A DNA stretch of 64,000 bases from Planctomycetota bacterium (GTDB lineage Bacteria; Planctomycetota; UBA1135; GCA-002748355), in contig DROQ01000096.1 in the NCBI GenBank assembly GCA_011321845.1, forward strand, positions 19,510 to 83,509. The letters run 5' to 3'. Position numbers and translations under genes: made by a program. Under the pieces are notes generated by a model that was not told the origin of the DNA, did no database searches, and was given only the letters and a program-made list of their open reading frames with translations. The first letter of the stretch is position 1. Each line of letters starts with the position of its first letter. This document shows, piece by piece, positions 1 to 11,172 of the stretch.

Positions 1-228
1 GGAGCCTGGCTGGCCCTCTTCCGCGCCGGGCTCGCGGCCGGGTTCGGGGGCGAACTGTTGGATCTTGTGGAAAACTCCAGGGAAGCAGCAGCCCTTTTCC
101 CCTGGGTCGAAGCCCTGCGCGCCCGCCTCCACCAGAATCCCTCCCTCCTTCTCGCCCTCCCCCACGAACTGCGCCCCAGCGCGCAATGGCTCTACGAGGC
201 CCTGGAACAACCCAAAGAAGAGTCCTGA
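1..228 (+). CDS. C-terminal fragment of a helical (probably TPR-type) protein, truncated by the window edge
   Basis: Frame 1 is open from base 1 to TGA at 226-228 (GAWLALFRAG...PWVEALRARL...EQPKEES*); amphipathic helical composition. Confidence 0.6.
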   Translation, partial: GAWLALFRAGLAAGFGGELLDLVENSREAAALFPWVEALRARLHQNPSLLLALPHELRPSAQWLYEALEQPKEES

Positions 229-267
229 CCGGGCACAGATGGAAGGGGAGTGAGGTATAACGGCCCC

Positions 268-1038
268 ATGCGCATCCTCAGCTCCCTCCATCCACGCTTT
301 CTCTCCAACTCCTACCTCCTGATCGACGAGGCCAGTGGAGAGGCGGCTCTTATCGACAGCGGCGCGCCCATGGAGCCCCTGCTCCCTCCCCTCGAGAGTG
401 GTGAAGCCAAACTACGTTACATCCTCTGCACCCACCACCACCACGACCACATCGAACACAACGCCGACTTTGCCCATCGCTTCGGCGCCCCCGTCCTCGC
501 CGCCCAGGCCGAAGCTCCCCTCTTCCCGCCCGCTCAGCGCGCCCTCCTCGGCCCCCTTCTGGAGGACGGGGACAGCCTCCCACTGGGCCGCCTCGAAATC
601 CGCTGCCTCCTGATCCCCGGGCACACGGCCGGGCAGTTGGCTTTCCTCGCCCAGGCTCCCAACAGCCCCCCCGCGACCCAGGCCCTCTTCACGGGGGACA
701 CCCTTTTTCGCGGCAGCGTGGGCGGCACCATGGGGCCCGGCCACACAAGCTTCGAGGATCTCCACCACTCCATCATGGAGGTCCTGATGTCCCTTCCCCG
801 CGAGACCCCGATCCACCCCGGCCACTGCGAGCCCAGCACCCTTGCCGAGGAATGGGAGCACAACCCCTTTGTCCAGCTCTGGCGCGGCCTCCTCCCCTCC
901 GCCGAGCAGCCCGCCGAAGCCTTCGGAAAACCCGTGACCCTCATGCTCCGAGCCCAGGACTACGACGGCGGCTCCAAGTGTCAGATCCGATTCCCCGATG
1001 GAAGGATCGCCATCGCCCCCGGCTCCCGTGTCCACTGA
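268..1038 (+). CDS. MBL-fold metallo-hydrolase (glyoxalase II-like)
   Basis: THHHHDH, PGHT, FTGDTLF and PGH metal-ligand motifs; ATG 268 lies 6 nt after TATAAC. Confidence 0.9.
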   Translation: MRILSSLHPRFLSNSYLLIDEASGEAALIDSGAPMEPLLPPLESGEAKLRYILCTHHHHDHIEHNADFAHRFGAPVLAAQAEAPLFPPAQRALLGPLLEDGDSLPLGRLEIRCLLIPGHTAGQLAFLAQAPNSPPATQALFTGDTLFRGSVGGTMGPGHTSFEDLHHSIMEVLMSLPRETPIHPGHCEPSTLAEEWEHNPFVQLWRGLLPSAEQPAEAFGKPVTLMLRAQDYDGGSKCQIRFPDGRIAIAPGSRVH

Positions 1039-1171
1039 AATGGAAAAGCTAAGCCTGAACACTGGACCTCGACCAAAGAGGACTCGCAGTTGAAGCATTG
1101 GGGATTGCCGGGAAAAGCATAAGAGAGTAGCTTTGCTCTTAGCCCCGACCCGCATTGCAGAGGAGCAAACC

Positions 1172-4100
1172 ATGAATCCCAGTCCTTCCACCTTACTCAG
1201 GAAGGCCGCGCCCCTTTGGGCCAGCCTTTTCCTCCCCCTGTTCCTCGGCGCCGGACTCTCCGCCCAAAAAATCCTGGTGAACGCCGCACCGGACATCACC
1301 GTTCCGGGGGATTCCTATCCCAGCAGTTTCGGCTCGACCAAGGCCTTCGCCTTTTTCTGGGCCGGCCAATTCCTGGAAAAAGGGTTCTGGCGAACGGATG
1401 GGACCAAGCTGGGAACTTTGCAACTGCTTCCACAGACTCCAGGAAAATTCCTCAAAGGGCCACCCACCGGCATTGCCTGGAACAACCAGTACTTCTTTAA
1501 GGGCTGGGATCCGAAGGGAGGTTGGGAACTGTTCAAATCCGACGGAAGCCTGAAGGGCACAGGCCTCGTCAAGGATCTCGACCCAAGAACCGGCAGCCAG
1601 CAACAGCCCCTCTCTTCAGAGCCTCGCAACTTCGTCATCAGTGGAGGCTCTCTCTTCTTCGTCGCCGACACCGCACAGGGATCGACTCTCTTCAAGAGTG
1701 ATGGGACTCCAAAGGGAACCCTCTCCATCTTTTCGATCCAAGGGAACCTGGTGAACCTCACCCCCCTGGGAAACAAGCTGGTCTTCGAAATCCAGGGCAA
1801 TGTTTCGCTCCAAAATGGCCTGGCGATCAGTGATGGGACAAGAACGGGAACCCATGTCATCTTCCGGCCCCTCTCCATGGACAGCGGAAGAGGGAATAAA
1901 GGCTTCGCAACCCTCGGATCCTTCCTACTCTTCTCCGCGGAGACCTATACCTCCGGAACCGGGAAAGAGCTGTTCATCTCCGACGGCACTCCCAAGGGAA
2001 CGAAACTTCTCAAAGACATCTATCCAGGAACCTATGGGTCCCAACCCAGCGACTTCGCCCGCGTCGGAAACAAGATCTACTTTGCGGCGGAAGACCCCAA
2101 ATACGGAAGGGAGCTTTGGAGCAGTGACGGGACCGCAACTGGAACGGTCCTTGTCAAAGACATCGAGCCGAAAAAGCGCCAAGGGTTTCCCTTTTCAAGC
2201 AAACCCACCAAGCTCCATGCCTTGGGAAACAAGCTTCTGTTCCAAGCAGCGACCCTGGACTCCGGGGAAGAACCCTGGATCAGCGATGGAACCAGGCAAG
2301 GCACCTTCCTCTTGAAAGACCTCACAAGAGGCTCAGCATCGACCAGGCTCCAAGCAATCCTGGCTTTGGGTTCCCACGCCTACTTCGTGATCCCGAACCT
2401 CTCCAAGACCTACACCCTCTACCGGACGGATGGAACCACACAAGGAACGCAACCCATAACCGAGTTGGGGATTGAATGGCCCCAACCCATCAGCCTGACC
2501 CCTTACGGCAACCGCTTCCTTTTCCCTAACAAGGACTCCGCCCACGGCCTCGAGCCATGGATCGGCGATGGGACCCCCCAGGGCACCAAGATCCTCGTAG
2601 ACCTGGTCCTGAAACGCACCCTTACCCAAGGCTCGGATCCACGAAACTTCAGGGCGCTGGGAGACCTCCTTTACTTCTCCACTGCCCAGTTGGGGCATAT
2701 CAATTCTCTCTGGAAAACGGATGTCGCCGGGCTTGGAGCCAAAAAAATCACGACCGTAAGGACGGGTGCAAGGATCCAGAAAGCGGGCGATCGAATCCTC
2801 TGGATGGAGGGAGCAAACCCAATGTGGAAACTCCTTGCGTACGATCCCAGGCAAAAAAAGATCACCCCTCTCCTGACCACCCAGGGGGCCTTCTCCGAAC
2901 TCAACACCCTGGGAGAGAAGTGGTATTTCTCCGAGAAGCCCCTCAATGGGAAGACTCTCAAGTTTTGGGTAACAGACGGCACTAAGGCCGGAACGAAACC
3001 TCTCTCCTGGATCCCGAGCGGATCCCTTGATGTTCGGTATTCCACCATTCCCTTTGGACGAAGAGCCCTCCTCATCGGCCCGATCTATCGCACCCTGCCT
3101 CAAAAAACCTTCTCCATCTGGCTTACGGATGGGAGCAAGGCTGGAACCCAGGCTCTTGCCACCATCACCTCGCCCATCCCCCTCAAATTCATCTTCCCTC
3201 AAGGTTATGCTCAATGGGGCAACGATCTTGTCTTCGCGTTCAAGATGATCGATTCCCGGTACGCATCCAAAACCCTGCTCTTCCATACAAATGGCACGCC
3301 AGCCGGAACGAAGCTGATCAAGACCTTGGCTCAAGACAGACTTCCGCGGATCGAGGCTCTTGGGGGCAAATTTTTCTTTTCCCTTTATGCCAGAAACACA
3401 GGAATGGAACTCTGGGTTTCAGACGGAACCCCAAAGGGGACCAAGCTCCTCAAAGATCTCCTTCCTGGACCCGCCAGTTCTTTCCCATCCTCCATGACCC
3501 GGGTGGGGAACCGAATTGTCTTCTCGGCTTATTCTCCCAACCTGGGTTGGGAGATTTATGTCAGTGATGGGACAGCCAAGGGCACCAAGCTCCTCAAGGA
3601 CATCTGGCCAGGGAAGAAGAGCGGCCTGCTGCGTTTCCTCCACATCATTCCCATTGGCTCGAGGCATGTGGCCTTCCTCGCGAATGATGGAACCTCTGGA
3701 AAGCGCCTATGGGTCACTGATGGGACCCCTTCCGGGACCAAACCGGCCAGCCGACCCTTGAAGGATGCGGACACCAACATCGACCTGGAAAACCCCCGCT
3801 TCGCCCTCGGGAGACTCTTCTATTCTTGGGCAACCCGAGCCTATGGGAGAGAACCCTGGGCCTGGTTCCCCGGAGCGAGCGCACATGGCCATGATTTCGG
3901 ATGCGGAACCGAGCCCAGCCTCGAAGCGAGCGATCCCGTCCTAGGAAGCACCATGCGTTTTGTCGGACAGCTCTCCAAAAAACAACCCGTGGCGGTGCTC
4001 ATGCTCGGGCCAACGGCTCCGATTCCCCTCCGCATGCCCGGCGGCTGTTACTTGCACGTCGATCCCTACCGTCTGATCGTTCCTGTGCCGGTCCAGGCCA

Positions 4101-4243
4101 GGCTGGGCAAATGGAATCTGGTCGTTCCGGTTCCCAACAAACCCAGTCTCAGCGGTCTCCTGTTCCAGGCGCAGGTCCTGCACCCATTGAAAGGGGGAGG
4201 CTTCGATCTCAGCAACCCGGTGGACTGTGTTTTAGGTCGTTGA
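1172..4243 (+). CDS. Secreted ELWxxDGT-repeat (beta-propeller) protein with C-terminal beta domain
   Basis: Signal peptide ending LSA-Q; roughly 16 copies of (E)LWxSDGTxxGT; AGGAG before ATG 1172. Confidence 0.9.
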   Translation: MNPSPSTLLRKAAPLWASLFLPLFLGAGLSAQKILVNAAPDITVPGDSYPSSFGSTKAFAFFWAGQFLEKGFWRTDGTKLGTLQLLPQTPGKFLKGPPTGIAWNNQYFFKGWDPKGGWELFKSDGSLKGTGLVKDLDPRTGSQQQPLSSEPRNFVISGGSLFFVADTAQGSTLFKSDGTPKGTLSIFSIQGNLVNLTPLGNKLVFEIQGNVSLQNGLAISDGTRTGTHVIFRPLSMDSGRGNKGFATLGSFLLFSAETYTSGTGKELFISDGTPKGTKLLKDIYPGTYGSQPSDFARVGNKIYFAAEDPKYGRELWSSDGTATGTVLVKDIEPKKRQGFPFSSKPTKLHALGNKLLFQAATLDSGEEPWISDGTRQGTFLLKDLTRGSASTRLQAILALGSHAYFVIPNLSKTYTLYRTDGTTQGTQPITELGIEWPQPISLTPYGNRFLFPNKDSAHGLEPWIGDGTPQGTKILVDLVLKRTLTQGSDPRNFRALGDLLYFSTAQLGHINSLWKTDVAGLGAKKITTVRTGARIQKAGDRILWMEGANPMWKLLAYDPRQKKITPLLTTQGAFSELNTLGEKWYFSEKPLNGKTLKFWVTDGTKAGTKPLSWIPSGSLDVRYSTIPFGRRALLIGPIYRTLPQKTFSIWLTDGSKAGTQALATITSPIPLKFIFPQGYAQWGNDLVFAFKMIDSRYASKTLLFHTNGTPAGTKLIKTLAQDRLPRIEALGGKFFFSLYARNTGMELWVSDGTPKGTKLLKDLLPGPASSFPSSMTRVGNRIVFSAYSPNLGWEIYVSDGTAKGTKLLKDIWPGKKSGLLRFLHIIPIGSRHVAFLANDGTSGKRLWVTDGTPSGTKPASRPLKDADTNIDLENPRFALGRLFYSWATRAYGREPWAWFPGASAHGHDFGCGTEPSLEASDPVLGSTMRFVGQLSKKQPVAVLMLGPTAPIPLRMPGGCYLHVDPYRLIVPVPVQARLGKWNLVVPVPNKPSLSGLLFQAQVLHPLKGGGFDLSNPVDCVLGR

Positions 4244-4275
4244 TGGTCTGCGCATAGAGTATAGGAGCTTCGGCG

Positions 4276-5625
4276 ATGGGTCTTTTTCTTGCCTCCATTC
4301 TCCTCTCGCTTCTTCCTCCGGCTCTTGCCCAGGAAAGAGGGTGGAAATTCTCTTGGCTTCCGGAGGATCAAACCTTTTCCCATGTCAAGACCGTCTTCGA
4401 CCTCAACTTTTTGGCCGAAAGGGTGGGAGGGGAGGATGAGACCCAAGGAAATGAATACCACCACTGGCGTAAGGTTCGCCTCCAATCAGGAAGGCTGGGA
4501 GACAAAGAAGTCAAGAAGGTCACGATCTGGAAAGAGGTTGCCGACGAAGAGAGAGGACGCATCCTCCAGTACCGAAGCGAATCCTATTGGAACAAGAAAA
4601 AAGAACTCATCGTGCTCTACGCGGTTGAAAACGTCCAAGGGATTGAAACTCATCGAGAATACCGATGGCGGGAAGGGGGGCTCTTTTTACATGTGGGCCC
4701 TTCGGAGAAGGCGTCTTCGAAGGGGAAGAAAAGGAGACGGAAAAAACGGAGGAAGGGGGCTCCTCCCGACTGGCGACCGATTCCCACCAAGGAGCGTCCC
4801 CGCTCGCTGACCTTGTTGCTCGCTTCCTCCCCTTACTGGAACTCCGATCAGAGGGTCCGCTTTTCCCAGCTTGATCCATGGGAGGAGAAGACCAGCGAGG
4901 AGACTCTCCATCGAACCGAAAAAAAGGTCCTCCTTGGAGGCGGTATGCTTACTCGGCGCATCGAAGGAACCCAAGAAGGCGGCATCTACTATTTGGTCCG
5001 ACGAAAGGATGGAGCCGCCTATGTCACAGCCCCCACGAACAAGCTGTATTACGAGTCCATCTCGGGTTACGACGAATTGGAAGATACCCGGGAAAGGATC
5101 CGGAGCAATTCTCCCATGCAGGCCAAGGCCCACAAACTCGCCACCAACACCTGGAAAAAGAGGGGAAGCGAGCTTCGCAACGACTTTTTGGGTCTCCGCC
5201 TTCGTTCACCAAGTGGAAAAAAGTGGAGCCGCATCCAAGGGCTGAAAACCCCCTATTGCTTCGGTCTGGAAGCGCCCTCGGAGGGAGCTTCCTTTCGTAT
5301 CTGGATGCGCGCCTGGGGAAACGGGGACCTTGACGAGGCCCTCTCCCAATTCAAGCACTACCTCTCCTTCCTGGTCGATTCCATGGAGGAGATCAAGATC
5401 GAGCGGACCGACTTCCTCAAGGCGCCTGCCTTCCGCTTCGCCTTCCGCGGAACAGACCTCCTCAAGGAGGATCGCTGGTCGACCCGGATCATCGCCTTTC
5501 TCCATCGAGGGGTCTTCCTGGCTCTCGAATTTCGCGTCCTACCCTCCGAGAAAAAAGAATGGGAGAAGGATCTCAAACGGATCGAGCGCTCCATCAAGTT
5601 TTTGAAGCCCCGGCGCACCCATTAG
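4276..5625 (+). CDS. Hypothetical secreted protein
   Basis: 449 aa ORF, signal peptide ending ALA-Q, basic patch KGKKRRRKKRRK. Confidence 0.7.
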   Translation: MGLFLASILLSLLPPALAQERGWKFSWLPEDQTFSHVKTVFDLNFLAERVGGEDETQGNEYHHWRKVRLQSGRLGDKEVKKVTIWKEVADEERGRILQYRSESYWNKKKELIVLYAVENVQGIETHREYRWREGGLFLHVGPSEKASSKGKKRRRKKRRKGAPPDWRPIPTKERPRSLTLLLASSPYWNSDQRVRFSQLDPWEEKTSEETLHRTEKKVLLGGGMLTRRIEGTQEGGIYYLVRRKDGAAYVTAPTNKLYYESISGYDELEDTRERIRSNSPMQAKAHKLATNTWKKRGSELRNDFLGLRLRSPSGKKWSRIQGLKTPYCFGLEAPSEGASFRIWMRAWGNGDLDEALSQFKHYLSFLVDSMEEIKIERTDFLKAPAFRFAFRGTDLLKEDRWSTRIIAFLHRGVFLALEFRVLPSEKKEWEKDLKRIERSIKFLKPRRTH

Positions 5626-5681
5626 GTTCCCACCCATGAGGTTTTCGGGTCGGGAAGGTTGTTGGAAATCGTCGGCAGGCG

Positions 5682-7668
<1,987 letters not shown>

Positions 7669-7672
<4 letters not shown>

Positions 7673-8634
7673 GCGCCCCCTCCTACCTTCCTCGCCAGCA
7701 TGTGGAGATCCTGCCCCATTCGGAGGGCGGAGACCAGTTTTGCCGGCCAAATGCAATTGCTGATCCAAAAAGGGATGCGGCGATGGGTCAAGAAGGCGAC
7801 ATAGGCTTCCTGCGCCTTAGCGTCGAAGTCCCCCCCCTCGATCCCGCACCAACGAAGCAGTCTCTCCTCCTGGCCCAAGCGCCGCATGAGATCGTAGATG
7901 AGGCGGGGATCCCTCCGGTCGGACCAGGTCTCATAGCCGAGGACCTTGAACCCACGGCGCAGCAGAAGCATCTTGAGCGAGCGGGGGGAAAACAGGTTGA
8001 GGTGTTCCGGGGTCACCCCGTAGCTCCAACAGGCCCCGAACATCCGGGCCTTGAGGCAGGCATGGTTGGGTTGGGCCGTGTAAAAAACCCCACCCTCCCG
8101 CAAAAGCCCCCGCACCAGCTCGGCCACCCGGTCCGGATGGCGCAGATGCTCGAAGGTGTGGTGCATCAACACCGCGTCAAAGCTCCCCGCCTCCAAACCC
8201 TCCTGGGCGAAGGCTCCCTCCTCCAGACTCGTCACCCGGATGTCCAGCCCCAATTCCTCCCGCCCATACTCCGCGGCCGGCACGCAGAGTTCGGTTCCCA
8301 CCGCCTCCCATCCTCGCTCCCGGGCGGCGACCAGGGAAGTCCCCATGGAGCAACCCACGTCCAGAATGCGCCCCCGTGGGACGACTTTCTCGATCCGTTC
8401 GAGGATCTTGTGAAAACGCCCCAGGTTCTTTTCGTGCTCCTGGTAGGCCTCCATCGCGTGTTGCCGACTCTGCGAGTAAAACCCGTCCAGTTCCCCGGGC
8501 TCCGGGGGGTCTGCCATGCGCTGGAATCCGCAGCCCCGACATTCCTCGTAGGTATGATCCCACATGGCGAAGAGAGGAAAGAAGTCCTTCCCCCCGCAGG
8601 CAGGGCAATGGGACCGTTCCACCCGCTCGTTCAC
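7669..8634 (-). CDS. Class I SAM-dependent methyltransferase with N-terminal Zn ribbon
   Basis: CPACG/CRGCG, ILDVGCSMG, FDAV..HTFEHL, PEHL. Confidence 0.88.
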
Positions 8635-9662
8635 CGTCCCCGCCTCTTCTCCTCGGGGATCGCCCGGTTCTCCCGCAACCAGTCCAGGAACAGCCTCATG
8701 TCCTCGGGCAGAGGCGCTTCCCAGGCCATCCGTTCGCCTGTCACGGGGTGGGCCAACTCCAAGCGCCCCGCATGCAGGGCCTGCCGCCCCGGCACCGGAG
8801 CCTCCTCCGGAAGCCGGATCCCCTGCACCTTGCGGGAGCGATAGACCCGGTCCCCGACGATGGAGTGATGCACCGAGTCCAGGTGCACACGGATCTGGTG
8901 CGTGCGCCCCGTCTTGGGGCGGCAGAGAAGGAAGGTGAAATCCCGGAACCGCTCCCTCACTTCGTAATAGGTTTCCGCAGCCCGCCCATCCTTAGGGGCA
9001 ACCCGAATGCGCTCCGGCCGCTTGGGGTCCCGCTCCAAAGGAGCCGTGATCCAGTCCGAGAAGAAACGGGGCTCCCCGAAGACAATGGCCAAATACTCCT
9101 TCTGGACCTCCCGGTCGTGGAATTGCCGCTGCAGGGCGCGCATGGCGGGAATGGTTTTGGCGAGGATCATGACCCCCGAGGTCTCCCGATCGAGGCGATG
9201 CACAATCCCGGGCCGCGCCTCCCCGGGTGGAGAAGGGAGGACCGAACCGCAGTGGGCACAGGCCATGTCCGAGACCGTCACCCGACGCTCCCCAGCGCCG
9301 GGATGGCAGACCAGCCCCGCCTCCTTGTCGATGACAAGGATGTCCTCATCCTCGTAGAGCGGTTGCAGAGGAGGGATGTCCCCCACGCGCTCCGGGGGCA
9401 GCTCACTGGACTCGTAATAGGCAACCCGAACGACCTCCCCCTCCCGCAGTCGCGTCGAAGGCGCAGGGGGAGGTTGGCCCTCGACCTCCACCCGCCCCTC
9501 CCGAATCAGCTTTTGGAGCCAGGCGCGGCTGGACTCTTCGAATCTCCGAGCCAGCAATTGGTCCAGGCGCATCCCAGCCTCCTCGGCACCCACCTGGATC
9601 CCGACAGCCCCTGCCCAGCTCACCTTTTGCTTGTCCTCGCTCACAGCGTCCTCAGGTCTCAT
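8631..9662 (-). CDS. rluD: RluA-family pseudouridine synthase with S4 domain (RluD-like)
   Basis: RLDQ S4 domain, HRLDRETSG, TGRTHQIRVH, RQALHA; start may be ATG 9662 or GTG 9644. Confidence 0.88.
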   Translation of the reverse strand: MRPEDAVSEDKQKVSWAGAVGIQVGAEEAGMRLDQLLARRFEESSRAWLQKLIREGRVEVEGQPPPAPSTRLREGEVVRVAYYESSELPPERVGDIPPLQPLYEDEDILVIDKEAGLVCHPGAGERRVTVSDMACAHCGSVLPSPPGEARPGIVHRLDRETSGVMILAKTIPAMRALQRQFHDREVQKEYLAIVFGEPRFFSDWITAPLERDPKRPERIRVAPKDGRAAETYYEVRERFRDFTFLLCRPKTGRTHQIRVHLDSVHHSIVGDRVYRSRKVQGIRLPEEAPVPGRQALHAGRLELAHPVTGERMAWEAPLPEDMRLFLDWLRENRAIPEEKRRGR

Positions 9663-9851
9663 GCACCAGCCCGGGAACGCTAACAACCCTCGCCCTCCGG
9701 GGCCAGCCCAATCGGGCGGACCATTCAGACAGAGCTTGCGGGTATAGCATTTTCGGTTAGAGTTTGGGGTCGAGGCCAGAGACTCCATCACAGCGAGAAA
9801 ACGCGGAGTTCCAAAGCCCATATCCAACCTGGGAGGATCTTTTTGGAAGGA

Positions 9852-10895
9852 ATGGAAGGGATCAGCGTTCTTCTGGTCGACGACGAAAAACACCTCGCCC
9901 GCAACATCGGAAAATGGTTCCAGTCCAAGGGCTGCCGAGTCCACACGGCTTTTGAACTCGAAGAGGCCCTCAGCGCCCTGGAAGCCCTCCCGGAGCTGGA
10001 CCTGCTGATCACCGATGTCTACCTGCAGGCGGGCAGGGCCACCCCGGGGGGACAGATTCTCGCCAAATACTGCGCCGAGAAACGCCCCAACCTCCCCGTC
10101 ATCCTCTTGACAGGCAAGCCCTCCATGGATCTCGCCATCGCCGGGATCCGGACGCACGCCTTCGATTTTTTGACCAAACCCGTGCACATGCCGACCCTAT
10201 GGAGGCGAGCCCAAAAAGCGATTACCGAAATGCGGCTCCGGGCCCGACTCTCCGAGCTGGAGCGGGACAACAAGCTCCTTTCGGCCATTCTCCCCAACGC
10301 GATCGAGGCCAAAGACCCCACGACAAGGGGGCATTCGGACCGGGTGGTCCGTTACGCGGACACCCTCGCCATCAAATCTGGGGTCGGGGAAGAGGAGCGC
10401 CGGGACCTGCGCCTTGCCGCCAGACTGCACGATGTAGGAAAAATAGGCATCCCTGAGGCCATTTTGACCAAACCGGGTCCTCTGGACCGCGAGGAGCGCC
10501 TTGTGATCCAGCAGCATCCCGAGATCGGGTTCAAGATCATCGAACCCCTCAAGGACTTCCCAAGAGTCCGGGATTGGGTCTACCAGCACCACGAGCGCTG
10601 GGACGGCAGGGGTTACCCCCAAGGTCTGAAGGGCGAGGAGGTTGCGCTCCCTGGACGCATCCTGATCCTCGCCGAAGTCTACGATGCCCTCGCCACGACG
10701 AGGTCCTACAAGAAACCCTGGAGCAACGAAAAGATCGCCGACTTCTTCGAGGAGGAGGCAGGCCACCACTTTGATCCCGATTTGGGAAAAATTGTGGCCG
10801 AAGGAGTCCGAGAGAAAGGTCAAGATTTTTTTCAAGCCTTTTCTGGCAATTCTGAGCAGGAAGGGGGACAGACCCTCTCTTCCCCGGCGCAATGA
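9852..10895 (+). CDS. REC-HD-GYP response regulator, c-di-GMP phosphodiesterase (RpfG-like)
   Basis: LLVDDE..ITDVYL..TKP receiver; GHSDRV, LHDVGKIG, HHERWDGRGYP. Confidence 0.92.
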   Translation: MEGISVLLVDDEKHLARNIGKWFQSKGCRVHTAFELEEALSALEALPELDLLITDVYLQAGRATPGGQILAKYCAEKRPNLPVILLTGKPSMDLAIAGIRTHAFDFLTKPVHMPTLWRRAQKAITEMRLRARLSELERDNKLLSAILPNAIEAKDPTTRGHSDRVVRYADTLAIKSGVGEEERRDLRLAARLHDVGKIGIPEAILTKPGPLDREERLVIQQHPEIGFKIIEPLKDFPRVRDWVYQHHERWDGRGYPQGLKGEEVALPGRILILAEVYDALATTRSYKKPWSNEKIADFFEEEAGHHFDPDLGKIVAEGVREKGQDFFQAFSGNSEQEGGQTLSSPAQ

Positions 10896-11172
10896 CCTCC
10901 TTGCGGTCTTTACCCGCCGGGACCCTTCTTGTAACCTAGCTTCCTTCTCTAGCTATTCGGTCGGGTTGCCCCCCCTCCAAGGCTGTGGATTAAGAGCCCT
11001 TTTTTTCCGCTCTGACGTGTCCTTAGAACGTTTCCCCTAGACCTCCTCCAGGAGATGGTCGGATTCAGACTTTCTTCCTGGAAGTTTTTCTTTTGAGGTT
11101 CCCTGGAGAGGCGACCACGAGGCAAACAGCGGGAATTCAGGGAGAAACCTTCTTACCGAGATCCAACGAATC

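Noticed and set aside
1172-3870. DNA repeats such as GATGGGAC..AAGGG..ACCAAGCTCCTCAA
   Set aside because: Explained by the ELWxxDGT protein repeats
9663-10187. N-terminal extension of the RluA-family ORF
   Set aside because: Antisense to the HD-GYP regulator; not part of the S4/RluA architecture
10896-11172. Possible tRNA or riboswitch in a 277-bp intergenic gap
   Set aside because: No cloverleaf, T-loop or recognisable aptamer seen by eye; an Rfam scan would be needed to exclude it
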